Source of the DNA: Candidatus Kapaibacterium sp.
Lineage (GTDB): Bacteria; Bacteroidota; Ignavibacteria; Kapaibacteriales; UBA2268
Direction: 5' to 3'
NCBI GenBank assembly: GCA_023957315.1
Contig: JAMLHE010000006.1
Coordinates: 70,408-134,407, forward strand
Length of the DNA: 64,000 nt
The notes below the pieces were generated by a model. It made no database searches. It was given only the letters and a program-made list of their open reading frames with translations, and was not told where the DNA came from. Position 1 is the stretch's first letter. Every line of letters starts with the position of its first letter. Of the stretch, positions 56,822 to 64,000 are shown piece by piece. The position numbers and the translations under genes were made by a program.

Positions 56822-58162
56822 CTAACTGACATTTTGTTTGCTTCTTTGTATATTAATTACTCTTTGTTTACCTAATCTAATCCATTGAACTAATGGTATA
56901 TTTGCCGGGCAGTTGTAAGAACAAGTTCCACATTCCATACAAACGGTTACTCCTAATGCTTCAGCTTCGTCCCATTTACCTGCTTTGGAGAATTTCGCTA
57001 AATCCTTGGGAATCAAATTCAAAGCACAAACATCTACACAAGCGCCGCAACGGAGGCAGTTTGTTTCCTGACTATGCTTCATTTCCGGCTCTGTGAGTAC
57101 GAGTAATCCGGATGTTGCTTTTTGCACGGGTGCACTCATATCGTATTGGGCAACACCCATCATTGGACCGCCAACAATTACTTTTCGAGCGTCTTCGTTG
57201 GTGCCGCCACAATAATCAAGCACTTGTTGAATTGTAGTACCAACGCGAACGATTAAATTTTTGGGAGTTTTAATGCCAAATCCTGACACGGTTAGTGCAG
57301 CAGTGATTTGAGGTTCGCCTTTTACAACAGCATCAAACACAGATATAGCAGTACGAATATTTTGAATCACCACGCCAACGTCTAAGGGCAATTTACCCGG
57401 AGGGACCTCTTTATTAACTGCTACTTTAATGAGCATTTTTTCGGCACCTTGTGGATATTTGGTTTTGAGGACTTCAACCTTGATTTCCGAATGATGGCTT
57501 GTAGCCTCTTTCAGCATTTTGATTGCTTCCGGTTTATTGTCTTCAATGCCGATTATGCCTCTTTTGACACCCAAAGCTCTCATAATCAATTTGATACCAA
57601 TGATTAAATCTTGGGTTCTTTCTACCATGTATCTGTAATCGCGAGTCAAATAAGGTTCACATTCTGCACCATTGATGATGATACATTCGATGTTCTTATC
57701 CTTTGGAGGCATCAATTTGACATAAGTCGGGAAGGCTGCTCCACCTTGACCTACAATACCTGCTTCTTTCACTCTTTCGATAATCAATTCCGCAGTGATT
57801 GAATCAGCATCTAATGGCTCCATGAAAACTACTTCATCTTCACCTTCTGCAACTATAGTAACGGCTTCTTGTGGTCTGCCGCCAACACTTGCAGTTTTGC
57901 CGATGTCCTTGATTTTGCCTGTAATAGGGCTATGGATAATTGATGAAATAAACCCGTCCGGCTCTGCAATTACTTGCCCGGATTTTACTAAATCTCGTTT
58001 TTTGACTAAAACTTTCGAGGGTTTGCCAATATGCTGAGACAAAGGCAATACAACTTCCGTCGGATAGGGCATTAGTTCAAATGCCGAATTTTCAGTGAGG
58101 TCTTTATGTTCATCAGGATGAACACCGCCTTTGAACGATTTATTGATTGAAAAAAAACTCAT
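56822..58162 (-). CDS. rnfC: Rnf complex subunit C (NADH/ferredoxin-binding Fe-S flavoprotein)
   Basis: GQGGAAFPTYVKL, IINGAECEPYLT, and two 4Fe-4S motifs CLRCGACVDVC and CMECGTCSYNCP. Confidence 0.9.
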   Translation of the reverse strand: MSFFSINKSFKGGVHPDEHKDLTENSAFELMPYPTEVVLPLSQHIGKPSKVLVKKRDLVKSGQVIAEPDGFISSIIHSPITGKIKDIGKTASVGGRPQEAVTIVAEGEDEVVFMEPLDADSITAELIIERVKEAGIVGQGGAAFPTYVKLMPPKDKNIECIIINGAECEPYLTRDYRYMVERTQDLIIGIKLIMRALGVKRGIIGIEDNKPEAIKMLKEATSHHSEIKVEVLKTKYPQGAEKMLIKVAVNKEVPPGKLPLDVGVVIQNIRTAISVFDAVVKGEPQITAALTVSGFGIKTPKNLIVRVGTTIQQVLDYCGGTNEDARKVIVGGPMMGVAQYDMSAPVQKATSGLLVLTEPEMKHSQETNCLRCGACVDVCALNLIPKDLAKFSKAGKWDEAEALGVTVCMECGTCSYNCPANIPLVQWIRLGKQRVINIQRSKQNVS

Positions 58163-58461
58163 GTTCCCTGCCGATATATTTTATAAAAACTTTTTCTTAA
58201 TGAACGCTTTATGTACATGCAATTTAAGACCTTTTTGGCATATTTTAATACCATTTTGGTGACTTTGTAGCCATAATGTATTCGATTCAACTAATAAAAA
58301 AATTAAGCATCTATAAATGCAAAAAACCAAATTACGATATTTTAGCATAAAATGCAAAAATCAATAAACTTTTTTGTAAAAATGTTAAAATGAAACTTTA
58401 TAAATACTTTATGCGTATTATTTGTAAATTTATGTATGAATCATAGTAATAAGATAAAAAG

Positions 58462-58920
58462 GTGTTTAAAATGGGAAAAAAATTATATAAATCAAGACGA
58501 AGTAAGATGATTGGAGGAGTTGCGGGTGGACTGGGAGATTATTTTGATATTGACCCCGTGATTATCAGGGTTTTGTTTATAATGACTGCTTTTGCTTGGG
58601 GTGTTAGTGTGATTGCATATATTATTTTATGGATAGTGTTGCCCGAGAACCCCGATGAAGTAGAAAATTTTTATGATTTTGTTAATGACCCTAATAAGGA
58701 TATGAATATGGACAACTATGCTGATATTGATGACAGCAAACAAAAGAAAGACCGAAAAGTTATTGCCGGAGCATTCCTAATAATTCTGGGAGCAGTTATT
58801 TTATTGGACAAATTGAATGTTTGGGACAGCTTTAGCTATATATGGCCCCTGATTCTTGTTGCAATCGGTGGATACCTTATTTACAAATCTGTTAATAAGA
58901 ATAATACGGAGGTATCGTAA
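58462..58920 (+). CDS. PspC-domain membrane protein
   Basis: KLYKSRRSKMIGGVAGGLGDYFDIDPVIIRVLFIM is the PspC-domain signature. Additional TM helices follow. Confidence 0.7.
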   Translation: MFKMGKKLYKSRRSKMIGGVAGGLGDYFDIDPVIIRVLFIMTAFAWGVSVIAYIILWIVLPENPDEVENFYDFVNDPNKDMNMDNYADIDDSKQKKDRKVIAGAFLIILGAVILLDKLNVWDSFSYIWPLILVAIGGYLIYKSVNKNNTEVS

Positions 58921-59825
58921 TGAAAGCCGGTACAATTTTTGGAGGTTCATTTCTCATCTTTTTGGGTGTGTTTATACTCCTGCTAAATTTTGGTGTCGAA
59001 CTGCCGGCATTTCAGGGCATTATCAAGTTTTGGCCCGTATTGCTGATTATTTGGGGTATCGCTCTGCTGAAAATTCACAATGTCGCTAAAATAATTTTAG
59101 CAGCATTGTCGGGGATTTTACTCGCTTTGATACTTACTTCATTGTACATCTCAGTTGTTGATGGCTTTGGTAATATCAATATTGATAAGAAGTTCGAATT
59201 CAAGAATAAATCAAAAGTATTCATCAATAGTTATGAAGACCCGATTGATGAAACTATCAAATATGCCGAACTTGATTTTTCGGGTGGCATTGGCAAATTC
59301 AGTTTTGATGTTTCTGATGAATATGGGTTCGTAGTTCAATCAAAATCGCCCAGTATCGAAATCACCAAATCAATCACGGACTCAACTGTAAGATATTCTT
59401 TTAGTGGAGCTGATGTTGATTTTGGCAAATCATCTCGCTCAATTAATATACTTTTGGGCAAATCCTATCAATGGGATATGGAATTAAGTACGGGAGCTTC
59501 GGAATCGGACATTAACGTCAAAGAGCTACTCCTTCGCAATTTGAAAATTGATGCCGGAGCTTCTGACTTTAAAATCAATATTGGGGATTTGACTGACAGC
59601 AACATTGAGATTAGCTCGGGTGCTGCAAATTTCAAAATCATTCTGCCTCCCAAAGCAGGGTGTAGGATTAAAACACAAACATCACTATCGTCAACCAATT
59701 TCAAGGATTTCATAAGCTCCGAACCCGGAGTTTTTTATTCTAAGGATTATGATGATTGGGAACGAAAAATCAATATTGAATTGGATGGAGCCTTGTCGAA
59801 TTTTGAAGTTTCTAAAAAAAAATAG
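58920..59825 (+). CDS. Membrane-anchored beta-rich protein (DUF4097/LiaF-like 'putative adhesin' type), partner of the PspC gene
   Basis: Three N-terminal TM helices, then degenerate S/D/N-rich repeats (FSGADVDFG, IDAGASDFKINIG, ISSGAANFKIIL). The start overlaps the PspC-domain gene stop. Confidence 0.4.
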   Translation: MKAGTIFGGSFLIFLGVFILLLNFGVELPAFQGIIKFWPVLLIIWGIALLKIHNVAKIILAALSGILLALILTSLYISVVDGFGNINIDKKFEFKNKSKVFINSYEDPIDETIKYAELDFSGGIGKFSFDVSDEYGFVVQSKSPSIEITKSITDSTVRYSFSGADVDFGKSSRSINILLGKSYQWDMELSTGASESDINVKELLLRNLKIDAGASDFKINIGDLTDSNIEISSGAANFKIILPPKAGCRIKTQTSLSSTNFKDFISSEPGVFYSKDYDDWERKINIELDGALSNFEVSKKK

Positions 59826-59829
59826 AATT

Positions 59830-60423
59830 CTACAAATATAGTTTCTTCGATTTTAAATATTCAAAAACTGCTGGATGCAACAAATATTGAAACGCCTCAC
59901 CGGACTTAATAGCTTCCCTTATCCGACTTGATGATATTTCAATATTTGGAGAGTTCAGGTAATTCAAACGCACAGCTGCCCCCAATGAGGGCATTTTTTC
60001 GTTTATGGGGGAATCTGATTTTCTATTCGCAACACAAAATGTAACCATTTTTGCCAATTTTTCAAATTCATACCATTTGTGCAAATCGGGCAAATTGTCA
60101 AATCCTATTAACAGTGTCAATTCCAAATTTGGGTATCGCGATTGAATGTGTTTGACAGTATTATATGTATATGAAACACTTTTCGATTTAATTTCAAAAT
60201 CGTCAAATTCAAATCTTTCATCGGTATCAGTTATCAATTTGACCATTGCCAGTCTGTCTTCGTCAGCGATTTGTTTGGTTTGGTCCTGCTTGAAAGGGGA
60301 GATGTAAGTGGGAACGAAAATTACTTTGTCCAACTTTTGCTGAACAAAAAAATATTCGGCAATAATCAAATGTCCGATATGAATCGGATTGAAACTACCG
60401 CCGAATATTCCAATTTTTTTCAA
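59830..60423 (-). CDS. nadD: Nicotinate-nucleotide adenylyltransferase
   Basis: IGIFGGSFNPIHIGHL (H/T-x-G-H motif) and C-terminal ISSSRIRE. Confidence 0.85.
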   Translation of the reverse strand: MKKIGIFGGSFNPIHIGHLIIAEYFFVQQKLDKVIFVPTYISPFKQDQTKQIADEDRLAMVKLITDTDERFEFDDFEIKSKSVSYTYNTVKHIQSRYPNLELTLLIGFDNLPDLHKWYEFEKLAKMVTFCVANRKSDSPINEKMPSLGAAVRLNYLNSPNIEISSSRIREAIKSGEAFQYLLHPAVFEYLKSKKLYL

Positions 60424-60431
60424 TAAAATAC

Positions 60432-61763
60432 TTAAACTTTAAAGACCAAATCTTTGTGTGTTAGTCGTTTGCCATGCACAACATTCGGTGCCACAAAAAT
60501 GCGTGTATTATCAACTTTTGCCACGAATTCATCTTTGAATTTTTGGATAAATCCTCTTACGGGCCATGCTGCAGCATCTCCAAGAGCACAAATAGTATTG
60601 CCTTCAATATTGTCGCAAATAGAAAGTAACAAATTAACATCCTTTTGTGAACCATCACCTGCAACCAAACGTTTTAGGATTTTTTCCATCCAGCCTGTTC
60701 CTTCTCTGCAAGGAGTGCACTGACCGCAAGATTCGTGATGGTAGAAATGTGCAATTCTAAGTGTTACCGCTACAATGTCAGTATCTTCGTCCATCACCAT
60801 AACGCCTGCGGTGCCGATATGAGTGCCATATTTTTTGAGTGATTCTTCGTCCATCAAAACATCTTCAATTTCATCTCCGCGCAAAGGTGGCATTGATGAG
60901 CCTCCGGGAATAATCGCTTTGATTTTCTTGTTGCCGGGAACGCCTCCGCAAATATCATATATAAGGGTTTTAAGTGGAATGCCTGTGGGTAATTCATAAA
61001 CACCGGGTTTATTAACGTGACCGCTCACTCCAAAGAGGATTGTTCCGGGATGCCCGGGCGCTCCAATTTTGGCATATTCTTCTCCACCCATATTCATAAT
61101 GGGAGGTATAGTTGCGATAGTTTCTACGTTGTTTACAGTAGTTGGCATTTGCCACAAACCAACTTGAGCAGGGAAAGGTGGCTTGAATCTCGGATAGCCT
61201 CTATCGCCTTCGAGCGAATTCATCAGTGAAGTTTCCTCGCCACAAATATAAGCACCGGCACCTTTGTGAACGTAAATATCCATGCTGTAATTTGTGCCGA
61301 AAGTAGATTTCATTTTTTCGCCGACATAGCCATTTGCATAAGCCTCATCTACAGCGTCTTGGAATAATTTCACCCATTTATGATATTCGCCGCGAATATA
61401 AACATAAGCAGCTTTCAAATTCATAGAATATCCTGCAATAAGGATTCCTTCTATCAATTGATGTGGATTATATTCAAAAATTTGCCTGTCTTTGAACGAG
61501 CCCGGTTCGGATTCGTCTCCATTGACAGCTAAAAATTTGGGCTTGTCGGTAGATTTTGGCATGAAGCTCCATTTCAAGCCCGTTGGGAAGCAAGCGCCGC
61601 CACGACCTCGTAATTTGGAAGCCTTGACTTCGTTGATTACCTCATCAGGTGTCATTTTCAAGGACTTAGCAGCCGCTTGATAGCCATTATGAGCCTTGTA
61701 AACTTCAATTTTGTGCAAATCCGGAATGTCCGGCAAAACTATTCGTGGATATTCAGTCATCAT
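60432..61763 (-). CDS. nuoF: NuoF-like NADH dehydrogenase flavoprotein (51-kDa subunit homologue), not next to other nuo genes
   Basis: FMN/NADH site GAGAYICGEETSLMNSLEGDRGYPR and 4Fe-4S ligands ESCGQCTPCREG ... ICALGDAA; 443 aa. Confidence 0.85.
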   Translation of the reverse strand: MMTEYPRIVLPDIPDLHKIEVYKAHNGYQAAAKSLKMTPDEVINEVKASKLRGRGGACFPTGLKWSFMPKSTDKPKFLAVNGDESEPGSFKDRQIFEYNPHQLIEGILIAGYSMNLKAAYVYIRGEYHKWVKLFQDAVDEAYANGYVGEKMKSTFGTNYSMDIYVHKGAGAYICGEETSLMNSLEGDRGYPRFKPPFPAQVGLWQMPTTVNNVETIATIPPIMNMGGEEYAKIGAPGHPGTILFGVSGHVNKPGVYELPTGIPLKTLIYDICGGVPGNKKIKAIIPGGSSMPPLRGDEIEDVLMDEESLKKYGTHIGTAGVMVMDEDTDIVAVTLRIAHFYHHESCGQCTPCREGTGWMEKILKRLVAGDGSQKDVNLLLSICDNIEGNTICALGDAAAWPVRGFIQKFKDEFVAKVDNTRIFVAPNVVHGKRLTHKDLVFKV

Positions 61764-61909
61764 ATTTTTAATCTAACTCATTCGTTTTTAAATTCTAAAC
61801 GTTACAAATATAAATGATTCATCATTAATATAATAATCTTGTTTGAAATTTGTATAAATTTGCTCTGTCATTTTAAATACCGTACTTTTGAACTTTGATA
61901 TAATCAACA

Positions 61910-62515
61910 TTGGAAATTATGAATTTGACTGATATTTTTGGCACATTTACGACAGTTTGGGTAATCATACCCCTACTAATTTTATTGGCACGAATCCTTG
62001 ATGTCAGTATCGGTACTGTTAGAATCATACTAATAGGCAAAGGATATACAAAAATTGCTCCGGCGCTTGGATTCATTGAGTCATTCGTTTGGATAATTGC
62101 AGTTAGCCAAATCATGCAGAACCTAAATAACATGTATTATTATGTTGCTTATGCAGGAGGGTTTGCTCTCGGTACGTATTTTGGAATGGTAATAGAAGAG
62201 AAATTGTCTCTTGGATATGTAATCATTCGCGTTATCACTCATAAGGATGCAACTGAACTTGTAGCAAGTTTCAGAGCTAAAAATTATCCTGTTACAATTC
62301 TTGATGCAGAAGGCATTAATGGCAAAGTAAGCGTTTTATTTCTAGTAATTCAACGCAATCTCACAGAAAGCATCATAGATTTCATTAAAGAATACAATCC
62401 TAATGCCTTTTATTCAATCGAAGATGTTCGATTCGTGAGTGGTGGTGTTATGCCACAACTTGCAGACCCTTCGATTCGCAAAAACCGATGGCATCTATTT
62501 TCAAAGAGAAAATGA
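61910..62515 (+). CDS. DUF2179/UPF0316-like small membrane protein
   Basis: 201 aa with three N-terminal TM helices and a C-terminal alpha/beta region. The family assignment is tentative. Confidence 0.4.
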   Translation: MEIMNLTDIFGTFTTVWVIIPLLILLARILDVSIGTVRIILIGKGYTKIAPALGFIESFVWIIAVSQIMQNLNNMYYYVAYAGGFALGTYFGMVIEEKLSLGYVIIRVITHKDATELVASFRAKNYPVTILDAEGINGKVSVLFLVIQRNLTESIIDFIKEYNPNAFYSIEDVRFVSGGVMPQLADPSIRKNRWHLFSKRK

Positions 62516-62526
62516 TTACAATTTGC

Positions 62527-64000
62527 TTATAATAAGCTATTGTGAATGATATCCATTGCACATTTAATACCGTCAGCACCAGAACTTACTATTCCGCCGG
62601 ACAATCCTGAACCTTCGCCGGCAACGTATAAGTTATCAAATCCGGCGCATCTCATCTCGTCACGTACAAGTTGAATTGGCGAGGAAGTACGGCTTTCAAG
62701 TCCCATCAAAACGCCTTCTTCAAAACCATATATTTTTCGCGTGAAATCTTTGAGTGCATACATCATTGATGTTGTAACTTCCTTAGGGAATAAATCTCGG
62801 AATTCTGCTGTAACCAACGGAAATGGATAGCTTGTTGGTCCGAAAGATGTAGTAGTACTGAACCGTAAAAAATCTTGAACTTTTACAGCAGGTGCATTGT
62901 AGCTGTTTGAAAAATCGTAGAATTTTCTTTCCAAATTTAGTACCCATTCCAAGGCTTCTTCCGGTACTAATTCTCTGCCCAATAGGGTCTGAAGGTCTAT
63001 TCCGGCAACAATAGCAGAATTGGCGAAAGGATAATTACGTTTATAGTTACTCATACCGTTAACAATATTCAATCCTCTTTCAGGTGGTGCAGGAACTACC
63101 ATACCACCCGGACACATACAGAATGAGTAAACTGTCATTGCATCGTTGAAATTGTAGGTCAGTGCATAATCGGCTGCCTTGACACCGGGCAATTCCGAAA
63201 CTTTCCATTTTGCTTGGTTAATAAGTTCTTGCGGATGCTCTACTCGAGTTCCGATAGCAAAATTCTTCAAATTAAATTTTACGCCCTTGGAAAGCAATAG
63301 GCGATAAGTTTCGTAAGATGAATGCCCGACTGCAAAAACAAAATGGTCACCTTTGATTTTGCCCTTTTCAGTTTCAATGCTTTTGACTGTTGTACCTTTG
63401 ACAGTGAAATTAGTCATTTTGTTATCGAAAATGATTTTTCCACCTCGGTCAATGAAATCTTCCCTCAATGTACGAACAATTTTTGTAAGCAAATTGCTGC
63501 CTACGTGTGGCTTTGCCAAGTATTTTATTTCTTCCGGTGCACCGGCTTGGACATAACTATCGAAAATAAATTTCTTTTCGCGCAAAATAGATTTTGTTCG
63601 CGAAGTTAGCTTACCATCCGAGAAAGTACCTGCACCGCCTTCACCGAAAGCGTAATTGCTACGTTCGTTCAATTCGCCCGTTTTCTCAAAGTGCTTAACA
63701 TCCTTTGTCCGAGTATAAACTTCGGGACCCTGTTCTATCATGGTAACCATGTATCCGGCTTGAATCAGCACAAATGCTGCAAAAAATCCTGCAGGACCGT
63801 TACCAACAACTACCACATGTTCGTTCCGTTTGCGGAATGGAATAAGCAGATTATCAATTTCAGGTTCCAAATCGTTTTGGATTTCGATTGATTGTACACC
63901 GACGCGTACAACCCAATGAATGTCCTTAACGTTTCGCCCGTCAAGACTTTGCTTTTCGATACTATAAGTGAATTCACTTATTCGAAGGATTTTCCTGATT
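62527..64000 (-). CDS. NAD(FAD)-utilising dehydrogenase (COG2509-like), with its 5' end beyond the window
   Basis: FAD-binding VVVVGNGPAGFFAAFVL. The reading frame stays open upstream of the track's TTG start through to position 64000 (...ILRISEFTYSIEKQSLDGRNVKDIHWVVRVGV...), consistent with the ~90-aa N-terminal domain of this family. Confidence 0.7.
   Translation of the reverse strand, partial: IRKILRISEFTYSIEKQSLDGRNVKDIHWVVRVGVQSIEIQNDLEPEIDNLLIPFRKRNEHVVVVGNGPAGFFAAFVLIQAGYMVTMIEQGPEVYTRTKDVKHFEKTGELNERSNYAFGEGGAGTFSDGKLTSRTKSILREKKFIFDSYVQAGAPEEIKYLAKPHVGSNLLTKIVRTLREDFIDRGGKIIFDNKMTNFTVKGTTVKSIETEKGKIKGDHFVFAVGHSSYETYRLLLSKGVKFNLKNFAIGTRVEHPQELINQAKWKVSELPGVKAADYALTYNFNDAMTVYSFCMCPGGMVVPAPPERGLNIVNGMSNYKRNYPFANSAIVAGIDLQTLLGRELVPEEALEWVLNLERKFYDFSNSYNAPAVKVQDFLRFSTTTSFGPTSYPFPLVTAEFRDLFPKEVTTSMMYALKDFTRKIYGFEEGVLMGLESRTSSPIQLVRDEMRCAGFDNLYVAGEGSGLSGGIVSSGADGIKCAMDIIHNSLL

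Noticed and set aside
1-64000. CRISPR arrays, prophage, restriction-modification, toxin-antitoxin or biosynthetic clusters
   Set aside because: No direct-repeat/spacer arrays, phage structural genes, methyltransferase/endonuclease pairs or PKS/NRPS-like ORFs were seen on either strand.

Overview
This window is an AT-rich bacterial chromosomal segment, judged by eye at roughly one-third GC, and is mostly housekeeping. The likely source is an FCB-group organism (Bacteroidota or Ignavibacteria-like). Three secreted proteins carry C-terminal type-9-secretion (T9SS) sorting domains, and a PorX-type response regulator is present. Recognisable content: pckA (5'-truncated by the window edge), a polyprenyl synthase, dprA, comEC, pgeF and tag. 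There are serine-pathway genes (serA-DUF1015, serC, kbl) and an efp-accB-accC-gcvH operon. Also present are tgt-yajC-ribBA-greA, an ECF sigma/anti-sigma/LTXXQ triad, and a nupC-family transporter. A complete rnfCDGEA-apbE-rnfB-rseC operon sits beside an orphan nuoF and nadD. Five tRNAs were found by eye: Cys, Leu(GAG), Asp and Ala(GGC). One IS1182-family insertion sequence has 23-bp perfect terminal inverted repeats. Unusual points worth follow-up are listed next. A half-length clpB ends inside its M-domain and overlaps a FlbD-like small ORF, an unknown 638-aa secreted protein and an RsbW-like GHKL kinase. A lipoprotein fuses a degenerate SAM-hydroxide-adenosyltransferase (DUF62) fold to an orphan ABC substrate-binding domain. 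Two independent single-base frameshifts in homopolymer runs disrupt trmH and tsaE. No CRISPR array, prophage, restriction system or biosynthetic cluster is visible. All calls come from manual translation and motif recognition only; no searches were run.
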